Assembly: GCA_032718475.1 (NCBI GenBank)
Contig: JAUCBJ010007580.1
Span: forward strand, 165,972-229,971
DNA from: Nemertoderma westbladi
Lineage: Eukaryota > Animalia > Xenacoelomorpha
Reading direction: 5' to 3'
DNA length: 64,000 nucleotides
Shown one piece after another: positions 1-12,600 of this stretch; position 1 is the stretch's first letter; each line of letters begins with the position of its first letter. The notes beneath the pieces were generated by a model, which was not told the DNA's origin, searched no databases, and saw only the letters and a program-made list of their open reading frames with translations. The position numbers were made by a program, and so were the translations under genes.

Positions 1-3000
1 GTGTTAGAGATAGATCTGGCGTGTCAATTAGACATGGTGGCGCTAGACCAGAAAGAGTTAGAGAGGCAGTTGGATGAGGGGACTGCGCTGTTAGAGAAAG
101 AGAGGGAGTTGGCGAGGGAGTGTAGAGAGAGAGCCGAGAGGGTAGCGAGAAATTGTAGAGAGCAAGAAGAGAGAGAGGTAGAGGAACGTAAGGAGCGAGA
201 AATGAGAGTAGAGAATGAGCGTAAAGAGCGAGAGACGAAAGTAGAGAACGAACATAGAGAGCGAGAAGCGAGAGTAGATAGCGAGGGTAGAGAGCGGGTG
301 GTGAGAGAAACAGAGTTGGCGAACCAGAGTTTGCGAGAGGATAGAGAAAGAGAGAGGGCGGGAAAGCGTATACGGGATGATATGCATGCCCGGTTAAGGG
401 GGCTTATGCAATACCAGGCAAAGCAGAAGCGCTGATTAGTACTGGCGCAGTTGGGACTATCAGAGAGTGAGGCTGGCTCAGGTAGTATTTACGAGGAGCC
501 AGAAGTAATGGAAAGGTTTGTTAATATCCCACTTACAGGCACCGGACGACAGAACCAGAACTGGTGTAACCGTACTGGCGGGGGGTAATAATAATACGTT
601 AGAAGAAATTAATATCAATAGTACCGTAGCCAGATAACCCTAACCAAACTTCCATTCCAGGAAATAATGCTTTATCCGGTAATTCTAATTTAAATACAAA
701 TAATCCAAATAATAATATTAATTTAAATGATACAGAATAATAATTCTAATTCAAATATTCAAAATAATCTACAGAATACTTTAAATTCAAATATAGCAAT
801 AATTCGAATAATAATTCTAATTTAAACTCTGAGCAGAATAATTCATAATTCTAATTTGAATAATTTAGAAAATAATAATATTGATAACGGGGCTATTAAT
901 ACTAATATAGGAGACACAGGTGGTCCAGCCAACAGCAGCCTGCAAGGCCACCTAGTTAGGCACGGAGTAGCAGGGGTGAGTGACCCCGACGGGAGCCTGC
1001 AAGGCCACGTAGTTAGGCAGGGAGCAGCGGGGGTGAGTCAACCCGACGGGAGCCTGCCAGGCCACGCAGTTGCACAGGGAGAGGCGGGGGTGAGCAGACC
1101 CAGCCGCAGTAGAGACAGTGCGTCGACTAGAGAGGGGTGTAGAAGCGAAGTAAGAGGTAGCGAAGTAAGGAGTGGCGAGTGGGGGGGGGCTACGGGCGCC
1201 CCACCATGGAAGATTAGTGGCGAGAGAGGGGGGCAGAGAATGCCCCGCAAGAGGGGCGTAGAAGCGAGGTAAGAGATAGTGAAGTAAGAAGCAGCGGGTG
1301 GGGGGGGGGGGGGGGGCTACGGACACCCCACCACGAGAGATTAGTAGCGAGAGGGGGGGGGGGGGGGCAGAGAATGTCCCACAGGCGTCGGCGGATAATG
1401 CGCGGGGCGAGATAGGTGAACCGCGGCACCCGACGACGGAGAATAGTAGGGGGATGCTGAGTATCTCCAGGAGCGTCCAGGCAGACAGAGAGAGAGATAT
1501 TAGTGCCGAGAGCGGGCGAGGGACGAGATGTCGAGCCCAGTCAGAAGAGAGAAGAAGAATAGTAGAGTTTAAATGGAGGTCGAAGAGAGAAGAAGTGGAG
1601 AGAATAGAAGAATCGTTGCTACGAGCGACCAGAGAGCTAGGATGGATAGCGAGCCGTCATTAGTAGAGATGGAGTTAGGGAGTCAGTGGGGTCGAACTCC
1701 GGGAGATTGCCGTCGCCCCGGAGAGACGCACCGCACACTAAGAGAAGGGTACAGGACGTACCGATTCGAGGACGAGAACAGGAGAGGGGATCGAAGGGAA
1801 ACTTCCCGACGGGATACAGCTGCCGATCGAGAGTACGGTAGTCGCGGGGAGGACGCTTCTCGAATTATTCGAGAAGGTTAAACTTCGGTCCGGGAGGGCA
1901 CATGCAGACTGCAGGACATACTGTAGGCCTTACTGCACATACTATAGGCCATGCTGGAAGAGATAGTGTAGGCGATAGGGATAGCGCGAACAACGGGATT
2001 AGATCCGGAAGTCGCGGAGTACATACCGGTAGGTAGGCAAGAAGTGGCTAGGCCTATATCGGTACCAGCACAGCAGCATGACTATAATATGCAGGGACAT
2101 AACATATATCCAGGGGAGGGGAGAGTTATTGCAGATAGGTGTATGGGCCCCAATATATTAACATCAACCTCAGTTCCAAACATACCGGTGGGGGGGGGGG
2201 GGGCAGGGTGGCATTCCCCATTACAATATCAACAATACACTCAAAACAGGAATAAGAATATTGAATCCCCTGGACGAGAACAGGTCTTGCGACACGGAAA
2301 TATGGAGGGGGCCATTACCCCCAATGATATATCCGACGCAAGTAAAGTCAACAGGCCCGACGGGCGGACCGCACACAGGAGAATCTGTACAGCATTCCTC
2401 GAACCCATTGGAAGCACAGGCAATGGGAATGGCGACACTTATCGATGCACTCAAGACCAGAATCGAATTACCACCTGTAGAGCCATTTACATTCGACGGA
2501 AGCAGACCGGAAGAATACCTGCAATTCCGACGCATGTACAGATACGAGATATTAAGTAAGAACCTGACGTAGGCGGAGTGCCTAAAATATTTACAGGTAT
2601 ATACAGGAGACCCGGCGTACGACATCGTGAGGCAATATCAGGGCATCGAGGGCGGCTTCACGACTGCATGGCGGGCCCTAGACAGGGAATACAGACACCC
2701 AGCCAAAATCATCTGGCAGACCTTAAGGGGTATAACATCGGGTGATCTACAGGATAACCCTGTTAGCATAAAGAAGTTTGCGAACAAGGTCGAGAAGGCG
2801 TTAATCGTGCTGAAAACATTAGATGCGCCATACGAACTCAATGCATCTAATAATATCACCACGATAGCGCAGGCACTGCCGATCTGGCTACGGAGCAAGT
2901 GGAGCAAGATCGCCTTCTCCACTCGGGAGAAGAAAGGTGCGGAACCGGACTTAGAGGAAATGTCGAACTTCCTCAACTACGAAGCAGAGTTGATCACAGA

Positions 3001-3455
3001 CCCAGTCTACAGTGAGGATAGTTTGGGCAAGGCGCTGAAGACCGAATACAACAGGCCTAAACCCGAACATAATCCGACAGACCCATTCCCGAGAGTGAGA
3101 CAGTCACTACCACACGCGGCCACACAGGGGGCTACAGCTAACTGTGGGCTTCACAGTTAGCTGGGAGTAGGGCCACACCGTGGCAGGGACAGAAAGAAAA
3201 TAACATCACGAACAAACATAATCCCAACATACCCAGTAGGCCGAGTAAAGATAACCAAAACACTAAATCGGTAGATATAAACCTATGCGCGATACGTGAG
3301 GGACTATACAGGGAACGCTACAATCCAGGATTCGAACATCAATTGCATAGGGATGGAACCCATAAGACCATGAGTTTACCATAGACCATTTGCAAGCGTT
3401 GCCTAAACAAGATCGTGTAGCCTACACAGACGCAAATGGACTATGTCATTGATGC
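1..3455 (+). pseudogene. gag: BEL/Pao gag, disrupted by stops and frameshifts
   Basis: ORF pieces 1-435 (E/R coiled coil), 856-1272, 1573-1881, 2261-2572 and 2627-3160 (FDGS..EYLQF..AWRALDREY, typical Pao gag). All match gag of element C. Confidence 0.85.
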
Positions 3456-4715
3456 GTGGTAGAAGGACACAGATCCGGAGAGTGTAGAGATTCACCAATA
3501 GGAGAGGATGAGACTGGAGGCCAAAGAATGGCTACAAGCACGACTGGAGCAAGAAGAAAGAGGAAAGTACTACTCGGGGTAGTGCCAGTGAAGATAACAG
3601 GAAGGGGCGGCCGATCAGTCACAACATTAATGCTGGTCGACAGTGGAGCAGCCTTCACGCTGGTGGAGAATTGGGTGGCCAAGGAGATAGGGTTACAGAC
3701 GAGGCTGAGTAGGTTGGCGGTAACTACTATCTCGAGTAAGGATGAGGTCCTGGAGATGAGGACAGGACGGTGCGAGATATCAGCGATTGCACCGGGATGT
3801 GACTATGGGGCGACCATAGACCCCATTCAGATCATAGAATCGACCAATATTAATGCCAGGAGACCAACTAACATCGAGGTCGAGCAGTACCGGTTCCTGG
3901 ACGATATCGATTTTTCAATACGGGAGGTGGATGTCTCGAAGGTATCCATCATAGTGGGTATGGACTGCCCGACTGCCCACGAAAGAGTACAGACGATCTT
4001 CGGGGAAGACAGACAGCAGGATCCGACAGCGATTCTCACGCCGTTCGGATGGATGCTTAGTGGCCCAATTAAAACCAAGATTCCACAAAGGGTGTCGGAG
4101 ACATCAGTGTGCATGCTACCAGGCACCGTTAAGGACATAGAGGAGAAACCAGAGATGGTAGATAAGCTAGAAGGAGAAGTAACAGCAAGAGAGTGGGCGG
4201 AGGAGAATGGATTCAATGCGGAAGACTTAGAGACAATGGGATGGAAGAAGGATGTTCCCAGCAAGTATCAGTATGGGGATGGAGAGGAGTGGACGGTGAG
4301 ATGTCCGGAGGACAACAGTCCGGAGGAGTGTCCTGAGGAGTGTCCGGAGGAATGTCCGGAGGAGTGTCCAGAGGAGTGTCCAGAAGAGACGCCGGTCCGG
4401 TTGAGAGGCATACCGAGAAGGGGAAAGTTGAGTAAGAAGACAGGGTGGAGAGGGATAGGATTACTTTTGTCCATTCTGTTTTATATATTCTTCCGATTTC
4501 TTTTCATTCTACCAGCAGGCGAAGACCAGATGAAGGGTGGCATTTTGCTGCCAGAAGATGTGGAAGTTAAGAAGGCGGAGGAGAGACCCGATTTTAGGGT
4601 GGCGGAAGAGGGAGAACCAATTCCTGGTGAGTTGGAATTAGCGAGGAAAGTGGGTCGAAAGATAAGAGGACGTACAGGGGGGCAGCGGGACAGTGCCTCC
4701 TGGAAGAATCGATAG
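3456..4715 (+). CDS. Pao-type aspartic protease with an unusual C-terminal tail (PEEC repeats, hydrophobic segment)
   Basis: LVDSGA active site, IIVGMDCP, TPFGWMLSGP. The tail replaces RT-RH-IN. The listed start is not a true start because this is part of a gag-pro polyprotein. Confidence 0.8.
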   Translation: MVEGHRSGECRDSPIGEDETGGQRMATSTTGARRKRKVLLGVVPVKITGRGGRSVTTLMLVDSGAAFTLVENWVAKEIGLQTRLSRLAVTTISSKDEVLEMRTGRCEISAIAPGCDYGATIDPIQIIESTNINARRPTNIEVEQYRFLDDIDFSIREVDVSKVSIIVGMDCPTAHERVQTIFGEDRQQDPTAILTPFGWMLSGPIKTKIPQRVSETSVCMLPGTVKDIEEKPEMVDKLEGEVTAREWAEENGFNAEDLETMGWKKDVPSKYQYGDGEEWTVRCPEDNSPEECPEECPEECPEECPEECPEETPVRLRGIPRRGKLSKKTGWRGIGLLLSILFYIFFRFLFILPAGEDQMKGGILLPEDVEVKKAEERPDFRVAEEGEPIPGELELARKVGRKIRGRTGGQRDSASWKNR

Positions 4716-4839
4716 AAGATCGAGGAATCCCTTGAAGTTTAAGTCGTCCAAATGTGTTGGACTGAGGGGGGTGGGAATGAGGGTGAGACGCCCTTCCCAC
4801 ACGAATAAGAAATATAAATAATAAAAATAATTAAAATAA

Positions 4840-5470
4840 TAAAATAAGTAGAAAGTTAGTAGAAGTCAGATAGTAAGTAGAAAGTTAGAAATTAATAGTT
4901 AGTAGAAGTTAGATAGTAAGTAGAAGTTAGTAAGAAAGTTAGTAAGTAGCTAGAAAGTTAGTTAGAAGCTAGTAAGAAGTTAGAAGTAGGCAGATTAGGG
5001 AGTGTGGTATATAGACATACCACAGGAGTAGAGGGGTACGTGGTACTGTTAGAAGTAGGCAGATTAGGGAGTGTGGTATATAAACATACCACGGGAGTAG
5101 AGGGGTACGTAGTACCATTAGAAGTAGGCAGTAAGGGAGTGTATTATATTGACATGCCATGAGTAGTAGCAGAGGGGTTGTGGGCACCGGAAGCGCCACG
5201 TAGAAGTAGTAGTAGAGAGGTTGTGGGCACTGAAAGCGCCATGTAGATAGAGGTAGTGGCAGAGTGGTTGTGGGCACCGAAAGCGCCACGTAGTTAGAAG
5301 AGTTAGTAGAGTTAGAGAGTTGGAGAGTTAGTAGAGAGTAAGAGGGTTAGTAGAGTTAGTAGAGTCAATATAGTTAGTATAGTTAGTATAGTTAGTATAG
5401 TTAGTAAAGTTAGCAGAGTTAGTAGAGTGAAGAAGTAAGTAGTAAGTAGCAAGTAAAGTAGTAAGTAAGA
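4840..5470. repeat. Purine-rich internal repeat region of element A (GTTAGTA-like units, ~70 bp and ~60 bp duplications)
   Basis: Repeats of ttagaagtaggcagattagggagtgtggtata..., gttgtgggcaccgaaagcgccac and (tagttagta)n are directly visible. Confidence 0.9.
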
Positions 5471-6275
5471 ATGATAATAGCACAGAAGGGAGGAGATATT
5501 GAGAGGAGGTGTTGGCGCATGAGAGAGTGCAGACGAGTGCAATTAAAGTGTGGGGAGCGAGTAGTGAGAGAGAGAGAGAGTAAGGGACATAGAGGTCTGA
5601 GGGTGAGAGAGAGTAGAGTGGAGTTAGAGTGGAGCCGAGGTGGAGTTAGAGTGAGAAGTTAGAGTTCAGGGTGAGGGAGTGTTTAAAATTGTGTGAGGAT
5701 TCCACAATTGTCTCAAACAGAGACGCAAGATGTCTTGGTGCAACTTAGGTTGCGGTTGCACCAAGAAGGGGTAGTAATATCATACCCAGAGGGAGCGGCC
5801 TGGAAAGCCGACTCCGAGAAGAGAACTCCACCCCACACCCAATAGTAGATCGGGTTCCAGCGGAATTGAAGCGCACTTAGAGGTGATGCTATCTTCTCAC
5901 CAGGAAGATAGCATGGGGGGGAGTGTGAGCGGATTCAATTCCGCCGCATTATCCTCATAAAGTTGGGAAGTGGCACCTTTTCAGCAATATTGGAGATACG
6001 AGATGGATAACAACCAATCTCGTATCACAACCAATAAGCGGGGACAACACAAACCCCCAAAGCCACACAAAGGGAGGTTAGATGTCAAACCACCTCGGAA
6101 GGGAAATTAATATCGAAAGAATATCGTCACTACTCTCTCAAAAACAAAACACTTAAATGAAGCCCGCGTGGTGCTCGAGCATTGGCAGCATCTGCTTACT
6201 CCAACCTGTGTACTGATGTCTCATCTCATGCTAATAGCTGAGCTACACAGTACTGCAGTATAGCTGTATTGCATA

Positions 6276-7796
6276 ATGCTGCACTCTGTTCCTGACAGCA
6301 ATGCTGTCCCTGTCAGTCAGCGACGTAATTCTTCTATTGACCAATCTGTTAGAAATAAATGTACCAGTAACGGTACTGGTAATGATAAAAGTATATCAGA
6401 TTCCTCCAGTGTATCAGATATAGATATGCCACCCACTGACACTAATAACCAGTGGGCAGAGAATAAGGTAGACGATGAGGTGGATCTTAGTGCCAGTTCT
6501 CCGGTAATCATACTTAATCCTTTCTTGTCCTTTCTCCTACAATGCACTTCTACCTGTACCTATGAGGTCGGGAGAGCAGCCTGTCTTAAACGTTTCACAG
6601 CGGAGGAGATTTGGAAGGCTAAAGTCCTACTATTTACGAGAGTGGAGATGGGTAGCGAGCTGAAGAATCATCGTGACACGCCTAACCGCAGTGCGAGTGA
6701 GGCCAACGTTATAGACTCATGGGATAAACTTCGGGAGTTGGATCAATGTGATAAGTTGCCTGTGATCGCAGTGGAGGCTCTAGATGCCTTGTTGTTGCCT
6801 TCCCTCCCTCCGACGAATAGTTCAGTCTCCAATGATGTACGGGAAGCGCTACAGTCTGCGAGTCTCTCAGTTCTAGACGATAAAATCCATGGTTTGGATA
6901 CGAATATTAAGGATCAGATGAAGGCATTGGAGACCACCTTCATGTCAGAAATAATTAAGGTTAGCCGTAAATTGGAAACACTGTCAGCTTCTGGGTTCGT
7001 TAGGTCCTCGGATCTGGTGGATAGGGCTTCCACTTCAGGTACCGGTACCAGAAGTACCAGTAGGCAGACTGCTTTGGGGGGTACCGGTGACGCCCCATGT
7101 CTCGTTGATCCTCCCCCGGCGGGTCGGCCCTCGTTTAGGGACGTTGTGAATTCCACCCAATCACGTCAGTTCGCGCAGCCCGCGCAGTATCAGAGAGGTA
7201 ATTATAGTGCAGGAAATATGTATTCCTCGAGTGTCGGAAATCGCCCCTCCGGTAGGTTGAACCCAAGTCGAGGCTATTACTCACCTCTGGCCACACCCAA
7301 TAGATCTCCGGCAACATCGTTTGGGGTTAGGGGAAGTGCGAAACGCCCACGTCCGAATTCCAATGAGGAGGAAGATCGGGAGGTGGAAGAAGTTGCGGAT
7401 GGAGGCAGTCAGTGGAGAACGCAACCCCCACGTCGACAACGTAAACCGATGGTTGTAGGTACTAAAGGGAGTCCGGTAGGAGCTGGTGACGATTCGTGAC
7501 CCCGGTTACGAGCGGCGCCTTCTGAGGTTTTCGTTTTCCGATGCTCTCCAGATACTACCGAATCTGATATTGTAGATTGTCTGAAGTCCCAAGATATACA
7601 GGTAGTCTCTAATGGTGTGGAGAAGGTGTCGATTCCGGATGCGCGCTCCGCGAGTTTTTGTGTCTCGCTCCGTTCAAATAAGTTGGAGGCAGTGTTGAAC
7701 CCCGCAACATGGCCTTCAGGTGTGTGTGTTCGAGAGTGGACCTACCGCAGTGCTGGGTTTCGTGCTCCCGATGGGCAACAGGGGTCCAACCGGTAA
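6276..7796 (+). pseudogene. LINE ORF1 with C-terminal RRM-like domain; one in-frame TGA at 7497-7499
   Basis: The 407 aa ORF continues in the same frame past the TGA as EVFVFRCSPDTTESDI...SASFCVS...LNPATWPSGVCVREW, the usual ORF1 RRM pattern. Confidence 0.8.
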
Positions 7797-7829
7797 TATG
7801 CTAATTCAAATCTGTTCTAAAAACTAAAT

Positions 7830-10327
7830 ATGGCGTCACAAACTAAGTCATCAAACTCGGCGCGAAACGGTAATATTATTACTGTGACTTCGTACAATTC
7901 CACGGGGCTGGGAATTGATAAAGTAGAATTTATTAAAACACTTTTGTTAGGGTCTGACATTATATGTCTCCAAGAACATTTTTTGCTGAGTGATAATTGC
8001 AAAAAGTTCAAGAATTTAATTCCAGATTGCGATTTTTATTCAATACCAGCCGCATATTTGAGGGATGAAGTGTGCCAAGGTAGGCCCAGCGGTGGGCTCT
8101 GCATTTTGTGGAAAAAATCTATATCGAAATATGTATCTATTGTGCATACAAATAATAGGAGGCTACAGGCTGTCAATTTAAATTTTCCAAATGCTACATT
8201 TACCTTACTTAATAGTTATTTTCCTGTTGATGTACAAACCAGCACTACTGTGTCCGACGAGTTATTTATTTTGCTTAACGATATTACGGTTGCTATTGAT
8301 AATTTACTGTCTAATAGTATTATATGGGCGGGTGATTTGAATGCGGATTTAAACCATAATACTATTCATGTAAGCGGGGTTAAGGAGTTAAATGATAAAT
8401 TGTCATTACTACATGTATGGAATGTTTTCCCAATCAATTATACATACATATTTATGACTGACGGTATAATTCGTCGCTTGACGATAGATCATTTTTTGGT
8501 TAGCTATAACATTATGAATGCATGCGTAGAGGCAGATGTTATACATCATGGTGCTAATCTGTCATGTCATAGCCCAGTTTATTTTAAATTTCATGTTGAT
8601 GATTTAAATTTAAAAGCGGTACCGGATGTTACGCCACTGAAATGCTGTTATGATAAGGCGAGTCCGGATCAGAAGCTTAATTTCCAGAGTGAGTTATCTG
8701 ATCGCCTTAGCAATATTGAGTTAGATTCACAGTGCTTAAATTGTAATAATCTATTATGCTCCGTGCCGGAACATCCCTTTTCATTGAAAAATATACATTA
8801 ACAATTTTAGAGGCTATTAACGACGCTGCACAAAGTTTACCGCACACAGGTGGCGGGAGTAGTTCCTCTTCGAAACGTTCTCCACCAGTTCCTGGATGGA
8901 ACGAACAGGTTAAACAATTCAGGATAGACGCAATGTTCTGGTACGATGTTTGGAAAGCTGCTGGTAGTCCCACCGGCAGTAGTAGTTATCTTTTTCACAT
9001 GCGACGTACGAGCCGCGCACAGTATCAGTACGCAGTTCGTAGGCTTAAAAGGTCACAGGACTCGATTAAGCGGGATAAACTGTTACACGCTTGTTTGAGT
9101 GGTAATATTAATATTTTTAATGAAATTAAACAATTTAGAGGTAACCAGCATTTCCAATCAAATTCTATTAATGGTGTAACTAATCCTACTGAAATTTCAA
9201 ATATTTTTGCAAATATCTATTCGACTTTATATAATCAAGATTATATTGTGGATATTTCTATTGGTGATATCGAAAATAAATTACAAGACACATTGCGCAA
9301 TCTGAATGATAATAATGATTTTAGAACTAATTATAGCAACTGTGCAGGTTTTCGTGAAATGTTATCACCTCGTATTTTACACGAAGCCTTGTTAAGATTA
9401 AAAAATAACAAGTCCGATGTGAGTTACCGTTTTGATTCAGGCGCTTTAATTCACGGTGGTATTTTACTTGAGCAACATTTGTCAACTTTATTTAATGCTT
9501 TTCTATCACACGGTAATGTTTCTAAATGTCTACTGTACATTTCCTTTATTCCGATTGTAAAAAGTAAATTGGGTGACCTATCGGCAGACAGTAATTATAG
9601 AGCGATAGCTATATCGTCGCTAATCTTAAAGGTATTTCCGACAAGGGTCTGTTTGCTCGCCAATACTCTTCTGTATTGTTTTGAATATACTTATTAAATC
9701 CTTACGTAATTGTAAAGTAGGATGTTGTATTGGTAGCCAGTATTTTGGGGTTCTAGCCTACGCTGATGATGTGCTTTTGCTTTGCCCTTCTGTGATAGGT
9801 TTACAATATATGATAGACATTTGTAAAAAATTTTGTAGTGCATTTAATTTACGTCTAAGTACCAATGCTGATGTAGCTAAATGTAAGTGCAAATGCATCC
9901 CTTTTGGTTTTTCATGGAATCCCCCACAGCGGAAACTTTTTATTAATAATATTTTGCTGCCTTGGGTAAAAGATGCAATTCATCTAGGAATTACTCTAGA
10001 TTTCAAGTGCACTTTAAATTTCGATATTCTACGTAAAAGAGGTCAGTTTGTTGGAAAGCTGAATAATATCAGACAAGAATTCGGTTTTGCACATCCAAGT
10101 AATGTTACAAAATTACAGAAATTATATGCTATGTCGTTCTACGGTAGCTGTACTTGGAACCTTTGGTCAGACGAATGTCGTCGAATTTTAACTAGTTGGA
10201 ATACGAATGTACGAATTTTATGTCGCCTTCCTTTTAACGCGCACAGATTTATTGTTCAGGATGTTGTGGGTTTTTTGCACCCTTGGGTGATACTATGTAA
10301 AAATTTTGTATCTTTTTGTAACTCAAT
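7830..10327 (+). pseudogene. LINE ORF2 (APE endonuclease + RT), frameshifted with an internal RT deletion
   Basis: APE motifs SYN, LQEH, GDLNAD, IDH, SCHSPV. RT YRAIAISSLILKVF is joined directly to RQGSVCSPILF (~9638), so the intervening motifs are missing. LAYADD is present. Confidence 0.9.
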
Positions 10328-10407
10328 TTGTGGGGCGAGCCACGAAGTTGGCGGAGCCTTAGCGAATTGACACTGTTAGGGGGTGGGTCAATTTATGCAA
10401 ATAGTTG

Positions 10408-10469
<62 letters not shown>

Positions 10470-11645
10470 GTCGTTACGATTTTGACATGCTAATAACTTT
10501 GTCGGATTTAAAGCTGCCAAGTTGAAAATTTGTAGGTATCAATATGAGCAAAAGTTGAGATTTTTGAGAGACTTTCAGACACCATCAGTGCAATGGTCTC
10601 CCGCTAGAGGGCCACATGTCTAAACATTAAATGGCCACCCATTTCTTTGCTTTTAATCCGTTTAAGCTGAAACTTGGGAAGTATGTACTAGACCATTAGC
10701 TGTAAATTTCAAAGGAGGCTAATCTGTCTGCAGTTCTCCAGTCTGCCGCTAGAGGGCGAAATGTCCCGAATGTGAAATTATTCTTCCATTTAGTTGTTTA
10801 TGATCTGATTACGCTGAAACTTGTCATATATGTACTAGATGACATCCTGAGTCTTTGTGTGGATTGTAATCGGTCCGAAGTTTTCCAGTCTGCCGGTAGA
10901 GGGCCACATGTCTAAACATTAAATGGCCACCCATTTCTTTGCTTTTAATCCGTTTAAGCTGAAACTTGGGAAGTATGTACTAGACCATTAGCTGTAAATT
11001 TCAAAGGAGGCTAATCTGTCTGCAGTTCTCCAGTCTGCCGCTAGAGGGCGAAATGTCCCGAATGTGAAATTATTCTTCCATTTAGTTGTTTATGATCTGA
11101 TTACGCTGAAACTTGTCATATATGTACTAGAAGACATCCTAAGTCTTTGTGTGGACAGTAATCGGTCCGGAGTTTTCGAGTCTGCCGCTAGAGGGCGAAA
11201 TGTAGGAAAGTGATAACCTTCGCAAATTCCTTGATCTTAATCTATTTAAGCTGAATTTTGGAATATACAGTACCGGTATGTACTAGACCACATGCCTCGT
11301 CTTTGTGAGGAAGGTGATCGATCCGTAGTTCTTTAATATGCCGCTAGAGGGCTAAATGTATGAAAGTGAAAACCTTCCAACATTTCGTTATTTATGATCC
11401 GTCAATCGGAAACTTGGTAGATATGTAATAGACCATAGGCTGTGGCTTTGTAGGGAAACTAATCCTTCCTTCTTCAGTTACCCAGTCTCCCGCTAGAGGG
11501 TTAACGTTTTCCGGGAAAATCTTCTCCTATGTTTTTATAATCCTTTCGAGTTGATACTTAGCATTAACTCATTTCACGTGCTGCGCGAAGGCCCCACTTC
11601 GTGTAAATAATAGTTTAATGTACACCCCCTTTCGGGGTAAAATTG
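10328..11645 (+). mobile_element. Helentron-associated non-autonomous element (HINE/DINE-1-like) with (GTC)n microsatellite and ~146 bp tandem array
   Basis: Starts at a T-run with GTGGGGC; the inverted copy GCCCCAC is at 11591. (GTC)n at ~10406-10473, seven ~146 bp units, and a terminal hairpin ACCCC-ctttc-GGGGT. The family is inferred from architecture. Confidence 0.65.
10590..11520. repeat. Tandem array, 145-156 bp unit with a 292 bp higher-order dimer
   Basis: CCG(C/G)TAGAGGG cores at 10601, 10746, 10893, 11038, 11185, 11341 and 11490. Alternate units are near identical at a 292 bp offset. Confidence 0.92.
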
Positions 11646-11969
11646 AAATGCACAGATAATATTAATAAATTTGCACTACATTAATAACTATCGAATATTT
11701 ATTATTTTACCGGTATATATGTGCTGGAATTATATTCTGAATGAATGTAATTTTAAAAGGCCTAAATATAACTGTTAACTACAAAATATGAGCTTTATTT
11801 ACTTATTAAAAGGCCGGTCAATGAAGTTAAAATTACTACAAACAAAATGGGCGTGTGCTGGCGTGGAGGACATGGTATTTCTATAAAAGGCAACGAGTTT
11901 GTGACTTAATAATGAAGTTTATTTATTTATTAAAAGGCCGGTCAGTAAACTTCGAGATAAAATATGAAA

Positions 11970-12600
11970 ATTATGTTATGGCAGATTGGCTAGCTGGGAC
12001 AAGGGTGGGGTCGAAGTACACGTGAGTACGTGGTAGCGGTCCTCGCAGGAGAGTGCACAGAAACTACACACACACTGTGGCGATCGTGTGTGGAAGGACT
12101 GGCGGTTGCAACACAACTTGTGGTGGAAACCATGGGCCGTTGTGCGCATGACTAACGAATGGTATTTCTGACCGGATGCCTTCCATGTAGAGCTAGTGAA
12201 TCCTGGTCCGTTACTGAAGGCCTCCGCAATAAAGTTATTGATCGGTATTCCAGAACAATGTTTGGTTTAAATGTCTGTGGAGATTTATTAATAATGTCTT
12301 CCACAAAAGTGCGTTCACCTATGAGCTTTAGCGCAAGTGTGGTTGAGGCTGAGTGTGTAGACCCAAAACTATCTTGACAAATAACGCCTTTACTTTATCA
12401 ATGTCTTTCAAATGAACCAACTTTAAGTGAGGGCCGGTAACGGTGAAACAATAGGTGATCATGGGTGCGATTTTCATTGTGAAAATGACAATTGCAGTTT
12501 CGATGGATAACAGATGCAGATGAAGAAATGAAACGATAACACCATACGCTTTCTTCTTTTTGTTCTGTATGTGTTTTGTGAAACACAGCGACGACTGAAG
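11970..12600 (-). pseudogene. 3' fragment of a LINE ORF2 with Cys/His-rich C-terminus
   Basis: Minus strand reads ...IFTMKIAPMITY...IDKVKALFVKIVLGL... then MRTTAHGFHHKLCCNRQSFHTRSPQCVCSFCALSCEDRYHVLTC. Homologous to 45853-46260. Confidence 0.7.

Larger units (their letters stand above)
1..6105 (+). mobile_element. BEL/Pao LTR retrotransposon A, non-autonomous (gag-protease, no RT/RNase H/integrase core); 5' end outside window, 3' LTR truncated
   Basis: Gag and protease are colinear with element C (e.g. ALKTRIELPPVEPF, LMLVDSGAAFTL). PPT at 5915-5923 is followed by an LTR start TGTGAGC at 5924 that resembles the element C LTR start. Right boundary is approximate. Confidence 0.88.

Noticed and set aside
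4515-4575. Hsp10/GroES-like motif GEDQMKGGILLPE
   Set aside because: Only ~8 residues match and the flanking GroES strands are absent; probably chance.
4840-5470. Telomeric repeat (TTAG/TTAGG-like)
   Set aside because: Irregular and internal to an LTR element; not a TTAGG or TTAGGG array.
10328-10525. Poly-Arg ORF
   Set aside because: Translation of the (GTC)n microsatellite.
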